A stretch of DNA of 64,000 nt from an uncultured Acidobacteriota bacterium. GTDB lineage: Bacteria; Acidobacteriota; Blastocatellia; RBC074. The position numbers and the translations under genes are program-made. The notes under the pieces are model-generated. The model was not told the DNA's origin, made no database searches, and saw nothing but the letters and a program-made list of their open reading frames with translations. Location: the NCBI GenBank assembly GCA_963796275.1, contig CAWCKY010000003.1, positions 1,618,737 through 1,682,736 on the forward strand, written 5' to 3'. Below, piece after piece: positions 1 through 13,822 of this stretch; positions within the stretch are counted from its first letter, which is position 1, and every line of letters starts with the position of its first letter.

Positions 1-824
1 ATAGACTGGCCTTGCAAGTCGAGGGTTCCACCCGATCCCCCGCCCAGCTCTACAATACCTATACAATAGATTTGCACGCCAGCTTCTTTGAGCAACTTCC
101 GAAGCTCGCCGTAAGTGTAGCGGGAGGAGTTGTCCTGGCCATCGGATATCAAGAGGATGGCGCGTTTCGTATGTCGGCCCTGTTTGACCTTCTCGATGCC
201 AAGATAGGCGGCATCGTAAAGTGCCGTCTGTCCGCGCGGATCCACGAGCGTAAATTTATTGGTAATCGTATCCCCATCTGTGAACTCCGCCAACAGGTTC
301 GCACGTTGATTGAAACCGACAAGGAAGAAGTCGTCGTCATTATGGCTCGTCTGGATGAAAGCCTTCAGCGCTTCGCGCGCTCGATCGATTTTGCCCTTCA
401 TGCTTCCCGAAACGTCGAAGATGATGCCCATGCTGACCGGGACATCTTCATCGTTAAAGAAGGTTATGACTTGTTTGACTTTGTCCTCGTAAATCTCGAA
501 ATGCTGTTTATCGAGACCCGTCACCAGACGCGCGTTCGGATCCGTTACCGTCACTGTGAACGAGACCAGTTCTGTATCTATAATTATCGATTTTTCATCC
601 TGGCCCGTCTTATCGCTCAACTGGCGCTGGATTTGTTGAGTGGCTGATGACGGAGTTTGTTTTACATCGGCAGGGACCGGTTTAGTTTCTTTCTGATCGG
701 ATGATTGACCTGCTGGAGGAGTTTGTTGCTGGTCCGCTTTCTGCTCCTGTTGGGCGGTGCCCGCGACAAAGAACAGCAAGAGTATAAAAACGGTCATGAC
801 AGGAGAGAATATTTTCTTCAACAT
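1..824 (-). CDS. VWA domain protein (VWFA-related Acidobacterial type), secreted; runs off the window edge
   Basis: Not in the ORF track. Manual translation from ATG 824 gives signal peptide MLKKIFSPVMTVFILLLFFVAGTAQ, then TVTVTDPNARLVTGLDKQHFEIYED, MIDAS motif DVSGSM, TALYDAAYLG and ISDGQDNSSRY. Confidence 0.88.
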   Translation of the reverse strand, partial: MLKKIFSPVMTVFILLLFFVAGTAQQEQKADQQQTPPAGQSSDQKETKPVPADVKQTPSSATQQIQRQLSDKTGQDEKSIIIDTELVSFTVTVTDPNARLVTGLDKQHFEIYEDKVKQVITFFNDEDVPVSMGIIFDVSGSMKGKIDRAREALKAFIQTSHNDDDFFLVGFNQRANLLAEFTDGDTITNKFTLVDPRGQTALYDAAYLGIEKVKQGRHTKRAILLISDGQDNSSRYTYGELRKLLKEAGVQIYCIGIVELGGGSGGTLDLQGQS

Positions 825-1323
825 TTTAACTCCCTTCGAGCATCCGCCGCACGCGGGTAAATCTAGGACTTGTGAAAATACGAACTCACTCTCGTGACAG
901 CAATGACATTCTCAATTATCTGAAACCTGCAGCAGGTTGATGTTGGCTCGGGGAAAATCAAAGACATTCTAACATACAACTCGAAGTGAGCAAGATCGGA
1001 AGCGTGGAAGAAAAGCGAAGGCGGAGAAGGCAGGATGGGTATTTGCGAATTATCTGAAGAGCGTCGCAAATAAAGGGCATTGAAATCAATTATTTTGGTC
1101 CTGAGCTTCAGATGCGCATTCAGAGGCGCGTAATGATTATAGAACTCGTCCTCCCACATCTCACAAACTCAGGTGGAGCGACATAAGGTGGAGCGAGATT
1201 TGTTTGCCTATATGGCGCTACTCCGACAAAGCCAGTGATATGGGTAATCGAATGCATTTAAAATATGGTTCTTCGAAGCCCATCAGAAACTGTTGGATAT
1301 TACCAGATTAATTTGCACGGCCT

Positions 1324-1890
1324 TCATTTATCTTTGAAATCTCCCTCTTCTTCCTCGGGGTGTACGAGTCGATTTATTGCTTTAATTATTCCGCGGCGGT
1401 GGCGGCGCGCATTGATCTGCCTCGACCATGCGCAGAAGAGCTGGGACATCTGCTGCTGAGTTTCCGCGATATCCAGCATCATCCGGTCAAATTTCATCGT
1501 TATGCCGGCGGCTTCCATCTCCACTGGCGCGATCTTGAGATGGAGGGTCGGGCAGGACGTGCCTGGATGGAATTGGGCAGTCACATCATCACTGCTGAAT
1601 TTGGCGGGCACATCTTCCAGATCAATGCCGGAGAACTCGGCCAGTTTCACGCGCGCGCCCTCGGAGATCGTAAAAACCAAGGTTCCGGTAATCGTGTCGT
1701 CATCGTTGGCTTGGGCAACGGTGAAAATCGCCATGCCGTCAATCGGCGACTTCTTTTCAGCAGAGATAAGTGTGGCGCGCGCAGTCTTCGGCTGAGTCGT
1801 GAAGATGACAGGGGTTGACTGCTGTCCGTAATAATCCGGAGCGAGCAAAAAGAGGGAGAACAGAAACACGCTTGAAATTCTTTTGCTCAT
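1324..1890 (-). CDS. Hypothetical secreted protein
   Basis: 188-aa ORF with an N-terminal signal peptide and two Cys; no family recognised. Confidence 0.65.
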   Translation of the reverse strand: MSKRISSVFLFSLFLLAPDYYGQQSTPVIFTTQPKTARATLISAEKKSPIDGMAIFTVAQANDDDTITGTLVFTISEGARVKLAEFSGIDLEDVPAKFSSDDVTAQFHPGTSCPTLHLKIAPVEMEAAGITMKFDRMMLDIAETQQQMSQLFCAWSRQINARRHRRGIIKAINRLVHPEEEEGDFKDK

Positions 1891-2484
1891 TTTCGCGACT
1901 ACTCAGTTGAACCTGACCGGGGAATATCTCCCGCTGTGGCAAACAGCGGGGGATTAGATTGAATTTTTATCAAGAAGTTGAAAAACGTCAAGCTTAGTCA
2001 GCATGAAAGGAACTTTAAGCTTGAAAAGGGTTTGCCGGCTGTGTATTCTAGTCGACTGAGAGCGCAGCCGGAAGGGCTGCTGTTCTGTGCAAGCTCGACC
2101 AGAATCCCATGCGAGACTGCTGTTCATTTGCTGGGTTGCGGTGAGGAAAAATCCCCCCTTACAATAGGGAGCGCGCCGGCACCGACTTCGCACCACCAGG
2201 CATTTTTCCACGTACAAATCATGGTTCTCAGCCAGTCAGGCTATAGATGAACAGAGTGGAAGAATAAGCCGGAGAGCGGATGGAGGTTGAAAGGCTCGAT
2301 AGAAACGACCTTATCAGCAGGGTTCGCAGCTCACTGCTTCAGTTAGCGCTCTTTTTACGATATGCTCGATAGGATTAGCTCGTCTGAGTGAAATCTGAGT
2401 GAAAATTCTTAGTGAAATTCTGAATAAATATTGATAACCGAAGGGGAGATGATCTTCATCGGGAAGGGTAACAGTGCAGTCTAA

Positions 2485-3528
2485 ATGAATCTACGCTCTA
2501 TATTCAGCCTGTTTTCCAGCGACCTGGCGATCGACCTCGGTACTGCGAATACTCTGGTCTTCGCCCGGGGCCGCGGCATCGTTGTTTCCGAACCCTCGAT
2601 AGTCGCCATCAACAAAATCTCCCACAAAGTCGAAGCGGTCGGCAACAAAGCCAAGGAGATGTTGGGTCGCACCCCGGGGAATATCGTCGCCATCCGGCCC
2701 ATGAAGGACGGAGTGATCGCTGATTTCGAGGTAACCGAGAAGATGCTGCAGTACTTCATCCAGCAGGCTCACAACGGCAAGCAATGGGTCAGCCCGCGCA
2801 TCGTTATCGGCATCCCTTCGGAGATAACTCAGGTTGAGCGTCGTGCAGTCGAAGATAGCGCCTACCGCGCCAAGGCATCCGAGGTATATCTGGTAGAAGA
2901 AGCGATGGCGGCGGCCATTGGCGCGGGCCTTCCGATCACCGAGCCGCACGGAAATATGATCGTCGATATCGGCGGCGGAACGACCGATATCGCGGTGATT
3001 TCGCTCTCGGGAATCGTCTACTCCAAGAGCGTTCGGGTGGCGGGAAACGAGATGGACGAATCGATCACGCAGTACATCAAGCGCAAATACAATCTGCTCA
3101 TCGGCGAACGCACCGCCGAGCAGATCAAGATGGAGATCGGTTCGGCGGCCCCGCTCGATGAACCCAGGATCCTCGAGATCAAAGGGCGCAACCTGATCGA
3201 GGGGATTCCAAAAACGATCACTGTGAGCGATGAAGAGATACGGGAGGCGCTGGCAGACTCGGTCGCGACTATCATCAATGCCGTCCGCGTCGCGCTCGAA
3301 CGTACCCCGCCCGAGCTTTCGGCCGACATCGTAGATCGGGGAATCGTGCTCACCGGCGGCGGTTCGTTACTCAAGAAACTCGATGTGCGTTTGATGCAGG
3401 AGACGGGGTTGCCCGTCTCAATGGCAGAAGACCCGCTCTCATCCGTCGTACTAGGTGCAGGAGCAATGCTGTCGGATTTCGACCTGCTGCGCCGCGTACG
3501 CTGGGATGGCGCGACACTGCCATCCTAA
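2485..3528 (+). CDS. mreB: Rod shape-determining protein MreB
   Basis: IDLGTANT, RPMKDGVIADF, DIGGGTTD and ALERTPPELSADI motifs. Confidence 0.98.
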   Translation: MNLRSIFSLFSSDLAIDLGTANTLVFARGRGIVVSEPSIVAINKISHKVEAVGNKAKEMLGRTPGNIVAIRPMKDGVIADFEVTEKMLQYFIQQAHNGKQWVSPRIVIGIPSEITQVERRAVEDSAYRAKASEVYLVEEAMAAAIGAGLPITEPHGNMIVDIGGGTTDIAVISLSGIVYSKSVRVAGNEMDESITQYIKRKYNLLIGERTAEQIKMEIGSAAPLDEPRILEIKGRNLIEGIPKTITVSDEEIREALADSVATIINAVRVALERTPPELSADIVDRGIVLTGGGSLLKKLDVRLMQETGLPVSMAEDPLSSVVLGAGAMLSDFDLLRRVRWDGATLPS

Positions 3529-3537
3529 TGTAACGGA

Positions 3538-3880
3538 TAATTGATGATGAAGATTGATAATGGCACCCTAAAGCCCACGGGTCACTATCATCCAACCATG
3601 ATCAATATTTATATTTGTTATAATTGATAATGGGTGATTGATAATGACAAGACGATTGCCCACCGGTCAATATCAACCAGTCGTTATCGATTATCTCTTA
3701 TGAATGATTGATAATTGGTGGTTGATAATGACAAGAAGATTTTCCTCCAGTCACTATCAACTGTTATTATCAATTATCTGTTTTATAATTGTTTATAATT
3801 GAGGTAATTGGTATGTGGAAATTGATAATGACGAGACGACTGCCCACCGGTCACTATCAACTAGCCATTATCAATTATCC
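3538..3880. repeat. Array of four palindromic units between mreB and mreC
   Basis: Core TTGATAATGRC-N16/17-GTCAMTATCA starting at 3554, 3638, 3722 and 3822. Confidence 0.85.
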
Positions 3881-3897
3881 AACTATCGATTAATCTT

Positions 3898-4827
3898 GTG
3901 TCGATCGCTGACAGGGCCAAGGATAGAGCTAAGAAGAACCCGACGTGGCTATTGGGAATGTTATTGGCCGCGCACCTTATCGCCGTTTCGCTCAACCGTG
4001 CGCCGAACCGCCCTGATTTGTGGATAATACAGGCGGTCTTGATTTCGGCTGTCGCGCCCGTACAATCCGTGATGGCCCATTCGATCTCCTGGATCAAGAC
4101 TGGATGGACCAACTATTTCTCATTGCGCGATGCGCGATCGGAGAACGAAAAACTGAGGAGCGAGCGCGCGCAGTTCGAACGAGATAACCGGGAATTGCGT
4201 GAGAAGGTCAGAATGATGGAGCAGGTAGCGGCCCTCAGAGATTGGCAATCAGTCTCAAATTTCGATGGCGTCCAGGCGCGCGTCATCGCACGGGATGCCA
4301 ATCTATTGTTCAACACGATCATTGTCGATCAGGGGTTGACCAGTGGGGTCGTTAAAGATCAGCCGGTAGTTACGGCAGACGGGCTGGTCGGCCGCGTTAT
4401 CAACTCGTACCCGTTTGCGGCTCAGGTATTGCTGATTACTGATGAAAGGCACGGTGCCGGGGCGATCATCGGGCAAACGGTAGAGGGGCGATCTCTCGGC
4501 GTGGTAAACGGAAAGAAAGAGTATCTTTGTGAATTCAGGTTTATCGACCCTCCGAAGGTGGTCGAAAACGGAGAGCAGGTAATTACTTCGGGGCAGGATG
4601 GAATTTATCCGAAGGGACTATTGATTGGTCGCGTCAAGAAGATAGACGGGGGAGTTGTTGTCATGCCGCAGGCTGTCGAGCTAGAGCCGGCAGCACAACT
4701 CGGAAGGCTTGAGACGGTATCGATCCTGAAGATCCAACCGAATCAGGTTCGTCAACCCATCAATGAGTTGACCGGCGGAAAACTAAAGCAGGGAAACGTA
4801 GCGCCTGATTTAAGAGGTAGTCGGTAG
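3898..4827 (+). CDS. mreC: Rod shape-determining protein MreC
   Basis: TM segment, coiled coil, GLVGRV and VITSGQDGIYPKGLLIGRV; operon position. Confidence 0.95.
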   Translation: MSIADRAKDRAKKNPTWLLGMLLAAHLIAVSLNRAPNRPDLWIIQAVLISAVAPVQSVMAHSISWIKTGWTNYFSLRDARSENEKLRSERAQFERDNRELREKVRMMEQVAALRDWQSVSNFDGVQARVIARDANLLFNTIIVDQGLTSGVVKDQPVVTADGLVGRVINSYPFAAQVLLITDERHGAGAIIGQTVEGRSLGVVNGKKEYLCEFRFIDPPKVVENGEQVITSGQDGIYPKGLLIGRVKKIDGGVVVMPQAVELEPAAQLGRLETVSILKIQPNQVRQPINELTGGKLKQGNVAPDLRGSR

Positions 4828-4925
4828 GCGGTGGGGGCAAAACTACAACGGCCTTTGAACCCACAAACGAAGACCGCATACCTCTGGTTGAAAACTAAGA
4901 ATTTGAGCCTTACGGAAGAGCATCG

Positions 4926-5495
4926 TTGGAGAAAGAATCTCGCGGTTCGTCGTTGAAAATATTGGGCTGCCTTTTGCTAGCCGCTTTCTTGCAGACCACT
5001 CTGGTCCAGCACGTTCCCGAATCGATCGGTCGCGCGCTGGGCAACGTCGACTGGCTTCTACTGGTGACGGTTTATGTAGGTTTGCAGCGCGATCCGATCA
5101 GATCGTTGCTGACGGGAACGGTGGCAGGGCTGCTTTTCGATTCATTCTCCGGCGCGAAAGCCGCCGTTGGCGTGAGCGGGTTGGCTTATGTGCTCGTGGC
5201 TTATATCACGCACAGGATCGTTGCCTTTATCGTTGTTGACAATGTGCTGGTGAGAGTGCTGGCTGTGGCCGTAGCGACCGTAGTCAATACCGGCGTTCGC
5301 TTTCTCTTCTACTGGTTGCTCAAGATCGAACTCCCGGTTCTGGCTGGTGGAGGGACTATTGCACCCGCTATAGTCTTCGGGCTTTTCGCCAATCTCATTG
5401 CCTCAATCCTGCTCTATATACTCTTAGACCGCGTCCTTCAGCGAAGATCGACTGTGCGTATGCGCCGCAATGAGGCGCGACGGAGAAGAATATGA
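4926..5495 (+). CDS. mreD: Rod shape-determining protein MreD
   Basis: Hydrophobic 189-aa protein between mreC and PBP2, with DWLLLVTVYVGL and GLLFDSFSG. Confidence 0.88.
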   Translation: MEKESRGSSLKILGCLLLAAFLQTTLVQHVPESIGRALGNVDWLLLVTVYVGLQRDPIRSLLTGTVAGLLFDSFSGAKAAVGVSGLAYVLVAYITHRIVAFIVVDNVLVRVLAVAVATVVNTGVRFLFYWLLKIELPVLAGGGTIAPAIVFGLFANLIASILLYILLDRVLQRRSTVRMRRNEARRRRI

Positions 5496-5543
5496 GGACG
5501 GAAGCGGGAAGGCGGAGGTTACATCTGACTTCCCGATGAATTT

Positions 5544-7556
<2,013 letters not shown>

Positions 7557-7644
7557 AGAGATTTCATTTTCCAGGTTAACGAACCGATCAATGCCGGTTG
7601 CGTTAACGGGCATCTAATGGAAAATGGAAGGTGGAAGATGAGAT

Positions 7645-8745
7645 ATGTTATTCGGTATTACCCGCAGATATCTGGCTGATTTCGACTGGGTTTTGTTCGG
7701 GACAGCGTTTTTCATCACCGCTTTCGGTGTGATCGAGATATCGAGTGCGGAGCCGACGCCGGGCATGTGGCGACGGCAGATGGTTGGAATAGTGATCGGA
7801 TTGATCGTGTTCTTTGTGTTGACGGCGTTCGATTACCGTAGGATCGCCAGTATCGCGCCATATCTCTATCTGGTCGGGGTTGTCTTATTATTGTTGGTAT
7901 TGACGCCGTTGGGGAAAGAGGTCAACGGGAATCGGAGCTGGCTCTATTTCGGTTCATTCGGATTTCAACCTTCGGAGTTTGCCAAAATATTCACGATACT
8001 TTATCTGGCTTATTACCTGTCGGGTGTCAAGAAGCGCCCGCTTGACCTGCGAACGGTGGTGATAACCGGATTGATCTGGGCTCTGCCTACCGTGCTCGTT
8101 TTTATGGAGAACGACACAGGGAGTGCGCTCAGTTATACATCGATTATCGCGGCCATGCTTTTCCTGACCGGTGTGCGTTGGAGCTGGCTCGCGGCTGCAG
8201 CAGGAGTGATCGTGCTAGCGTTGTTTATCTCTGTGCCGTACATCAAGGAGTGCAAGAGTTACAAGTGCGAGCGCGTGAAAGCAGTCTACTGGCCTGATTT
8301 GGCTGAGAAAAAATTCCGATACCAGAACGAACAATCGGAGATCGCAGTCGGGTCAGGCGGTTTTCTTGGGAAGGGATTGGGCGGAAGCACACAGGGACCG
8401 CTCGGCTTCGTGCCGGAGGTCCAGACAGATTTCATATACGCCGTAGCAAGTGAGGAGACGGGATTCTTAGGCAGTTTCGCGTCATTGTCGGCATATCTGT
8501 TGATCGTCATCCGATTGATTCAGATCGCACGAAGAGCGCGCGATCGGGTTGGCCTTCTGCTGGTTGCCGGATTTGCAGCACTGCTGCTTTATCACGTGAC
8601 TGTCAACGTCGGAATGGTGATCAGATTACTACCGATCATGGGCATCCCGTTACCCCTTATGAGCTTCGGCTCAACGTCAGTCGTGGCTACTTGCATTGGC
8701 CTCGGACTGGCGATCAGCGTGCGCCTGCGCAGGTTTGTCAATTAA
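7645..8745 (+). CDS. rodA: SEDS peptidoglycan glycosyltransferase RodA
   Basis: FQPSEFAK, IAVGSGG, PEVQTDFIY and GIPLPLMSFG motifs. Confidence 0.95.
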   Translation: MLFGITRRYLADFDWVLFGTAFFITAFGVIEISSAEPTPGMWRRQMVGIVIGLIVFFVLTAFDYRRIASIAPYLYLVGVVLLLLVLTPLGKEVNGNRSWLYFGSFGFQPSEFAKIFTILYLAYYLSGVKKRPLDLRTVVITGLIWALPTVLVFMENDTGSALSYTSIIAAMLFLTGVRWSWLAAAAGVIVLALFISVPYIKECKSYKCERVKAVYWPDLAEKKFRYQNEQSEIAVGSGGFLGKGLGGSTQGPLGFVPEVQTDFIYAVASEETGFLGSFASLSAYLLIVIRLIQIARRARDRVGLLLVAGFAALLLYHVTVNVGMVIRLLPIMGIPLPLMSFGSTSVVATCIGLGLAISVRLRRFVN

Positions 8746-8879
8746 TGAGCTTGCCGGTAGGCGGCTGTCGGTTTGCATATTATCGAAATAATCACGCACT
8801 AGATTTTGCGAACCGACGGCTGACGAGCGGCAAACGGATTGATCGCGCACGCGTATAAAGGTTTTCCAATGATCATAAT

Positions 8880-9010
8880 TTTACACCGCGAAGGCAGCGC
8901 TCTCGTCAGTGACGAGAAAGCGCGCGGGAGCGGTGTAGACCCAGCCGGCGTGCATTCATGAGTCTATCTTGTTATACAAGCGCTGGAGTCATCTATCCGC
9001 ACCCGGCTGA
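8880..9010 (+). promoter_or_regulatory. Structured 5' leader of rne/rng (two long stem-loops)
   Basis: TACACCGC...GCGGTGTA and CAGCCGG...CCGGCTG stems directly before the RBS (AGGAG) and ATG 9030. Confidence 0.45.
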
Positions 9011-9029
9011 AAAAGACAGGAGATTTTAA

Positions 9030-11781
<2,752 letters not shown>

Positions 11782-11784
11782 TTG

Positions 11785-11936
11785 AAACGGAAGGAGGGGG
11801 GCATTTATCATTTAACATTTGTAATTTAACATTTTACATTGAAGAGAAGAAATGAAATGCAATTCACCGAATTTCTTCAATGTAAAATGTTAAATTACAA
11901 ATGTTAAATGATAAATGCCCCCCTCTTCTTCCGTTT
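11785..11936. repeat. Long heptamer-based inverted repeat; probable bidirectional terminator
   Basis: ~50-bp near-perfect arms (GGGGGGCATTTATCATTTAACATTTGTAATTTAACATTTTACATTGAAGA and its complement) between convergent genes. Confidence 0.85.
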
Positions 11937-11948
11937 TTTCTGTCGTTG

Positions 11949-12614
11949 CTATCCTTCTGTCTTACCGATCACGATCAAGCCAATTGCCAGCTCACCCGAT
12001 TTCGTCGGGATTTTGGTTTCAAGTATCACATGCTCGTGGTCGTTCTTGATCAGTTTCGGCAGACCCTCACCCGAGCTCACCGGCACCAGGCTCCAGACCG
12101 ATGGGTGGAGTGTTCCAGAAGCGATGCGGCTGGCTTTCAACAAATCTTCGGTCTTCGATTGTGTTGCCGGATCCTTATCTTCCGCCGCCGGGGAGGCAAG
12201 CAGAAAGTCACGCGCTTCTGACACGCCCAGGTGGTTGCCGTCCTGAAGAATCAGCCCGTAGCGCAGAGTGTAAAATCCCGATTTTAAGTTTTGTCCGCGG
12301 AAGTCTATGGCGTCGGAAGTGAAGTTGATGACGCCTACCAAGGCTCCTTCAGCGATCTTTCCGAAGTTCGCTCCGGAGACTTCAGCCGTGGCCGTCGGAA
12401 TCGATTTGGCAAACCATATATCGCAAATCGATTTGCCTTGATCATTTATCAGGCGTAGGCCTTTTGCATCGAGAGCCTTGCGCACGGCATCAGGAACTTT
12501 GGCGTCAGTTAACGGGCCGATCGATTCGACTTTGTAATTATCGAATTTATCAGCAAACGCTGCCGGCGAAAGAGCGATCAGCAGTAGAACGATGAAAGAT
12601 CGAATCATCATCAA
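11949..12614 (-). CDS. Conserved-looking hypothetical secreted protein, last gene of the molybdoenzyme operon
   Basis: Signal peptide; DFRGQ, GFYTLRY, DGNHLGVS..RDFLL and ASGTLHP segments. Confidence 0.75.
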   Translation of the reverse strand: MMMIRSFIVLLLIALSPAAFADKFDNYKVESIGPLTDAKVPDAVRKALDAKGLRLINDQGKSICDIWFAKSIPTATAEVSGANFGKIAEGALVGVINFTSDAIDFRGQNLKSGFYTLRYGLILQDGNHLGVSEARDFLLASPAAEDKDPATQSKTEDLLKASRIASGTLHPSVWSLVPVSSGEGLPKLIKNDHEHVILETKIPTKSGELAIGLIVIGKTEG

Positions 12615-12745
12615 ACTTTAAACCCTCACAAAAACAAAAACCACTGGAGACACGGGGACAACTAGGGAATAAGCTGGTTATTTCACAATTCCCTTTCCCC
12701 GTGTTCCCCGTGGTTTTTTCCGATCACCTAAAACGTCAGAGTGTA

Positions 12746-13420
12746 TCAGCGCGCGAAATGGCCGACGAATGTGCTGCGCTTGCCTCGCAGAGTCCACACT
12801 GCGTCGAGGCCTTCGCCCTGGAACCGATCCAGCACAGCGACACCAGGCATCGAATGCGATGTCGCGGCGAGCGGAGGAAAGTACGCCTGCTCATGGCCGC
12901 AGATGCGATCCTTTGCCGTCAGACTCCGCGTGACGATATCAGCCATTTCCCCTGCCTTGAGGCGTCCGGCGCTCGGATGCTCGCCGTCATATTCGACTTC
13001 GATATTGATCGGCGCGGTCTCTGTCCGGACGACGGTTTTGAACAGGTCTCCCGCCATCGATTGCGCAAATGACGCCAGAGCTTGCCGCTGCGCTGCCGTC
13101 GCTCTCTCATCGACGATCAGGACAGCTTTAGCCGGATAAGGATTTTCGTAGGGATTGCCGAGCGTGCCTGAAGCCTTCGCCACACCGACTACGCTCAAAC
13201 CATCGAGCTTCACGCCGTTCCATTCTCCCCGTTCAACTCGCCAGGCGAGGATCGCCTGATCTCCAACCAAGCCGATTTCAGAATTGGCAAAACAAGCGGC
13301 CGTATAAACGTCCGCATTGCGCGTTTCAATGTAATCACCGGAAATCTTCTGAGCCTGAGCTGCCGTTGCCAGCAAACACAGACCGAAACAAGTCGCGACT
13401 ACGAATGATATTCTTTTCAT
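12746..13420 (-). CDS. DUF1326-like secreted protein
   Basis: Likely start MKRISF at 13420 with signal peptide; GDYIETRNADVYTAACFANSE, GEWNGVKLDGL and LIVDERATAAQRQAL. Confidence 0.75.
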   Translation of the reverse strand: MKRISFVVATCFGLCLLATAAQAQKISGDYIETRNADVYTAACFANSEIGLVGDQAILAWRVERGEWNGVKLDGLSVVGVAKASGTLGNPYENPYPAKAVLIVDERATAAQRQALASFAQSMAGDLFKTVVRTETAPINIEVEYDGEHPSAGRLKAGEMADIVTRSLTAKDRICGHEQAYFPPLAATSHSMPGVAVLDRFQGEGLDAVWTLRGKRSTFVGHFAR

Positions 13421-13484
13421 ATTTGCCTTTCCTTCCAGATGAAAATGGTTGCTTGTAAATAGTGCCTTCCAGCTGGTGGCGTAG

Positions 13485-13718
13485 TCAAGCCAGGGTCGAA
13501 TTTTGACAATGGCAGGAACGCCCCGGAGAGTCGCACTCAACCGGTTCAACCAGTTTCCCATCCGGCCCCAGGCAGGTCTGCGTGTAGAGACACCAGAAAT
13601 AACCGCTATAGGACCGCTCCTGGGATGGATCCTGCTCGGCCCAGATGAACATCGATTTGGATCGCAGCGCCGAGCATAAGTTAGGACGATTTAAATCAAA
13701 TCTTTCAGCGTCAGTCAT
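13485..13718 (-). CDS. Small Cys-rich protein (77 aa, 6 Cys)
   Basis: RBS AGGAG; pattern C-x2-LRSK...FWC-x2-TQTCLGPDG...C...RSCHC; lies in the operon after the FAD subunit. Confidence 0.75.
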   Translation of the reverse strand: MTDAERFDLNRPNLCSALRSKSMFIWAEQDPSQERSYSGYFWCLYTQTCLGPDGKLVEPVECDSPGRSCHCQNSTLA

Positions 13719-13734
13719 TTAATCTCCTCTGGAA

Positions 13735-13820
13735 ACAGTTTTCAGTTTCCAGTTTTTAGTTTTCAGTCGTCGATCGAGACAGACCAACTGAAAACTGTAA
13801 ACTGAAAACTGAAAACTGGC
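13735..13820. repeat. Heptamer (TTTTCAG/CTGAAAA) inverted repeat
   Basis: Four tandem units per arm. Confidence 0.8.
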
Positions 13821-13822
13821 TT

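Noticed and set aside
12-647. 211-aa plus-strand ORF
   Set aside because: Antisense shadow of the minus-strand VWA gene
3538-3880. CRISPR array interpretation of the mreB-mreC repeats
   Set aside because: The repeats are degenerate, the intervening DNA is low-complexity and extends the stems rather than forming unique spacers, and no cas genes are present
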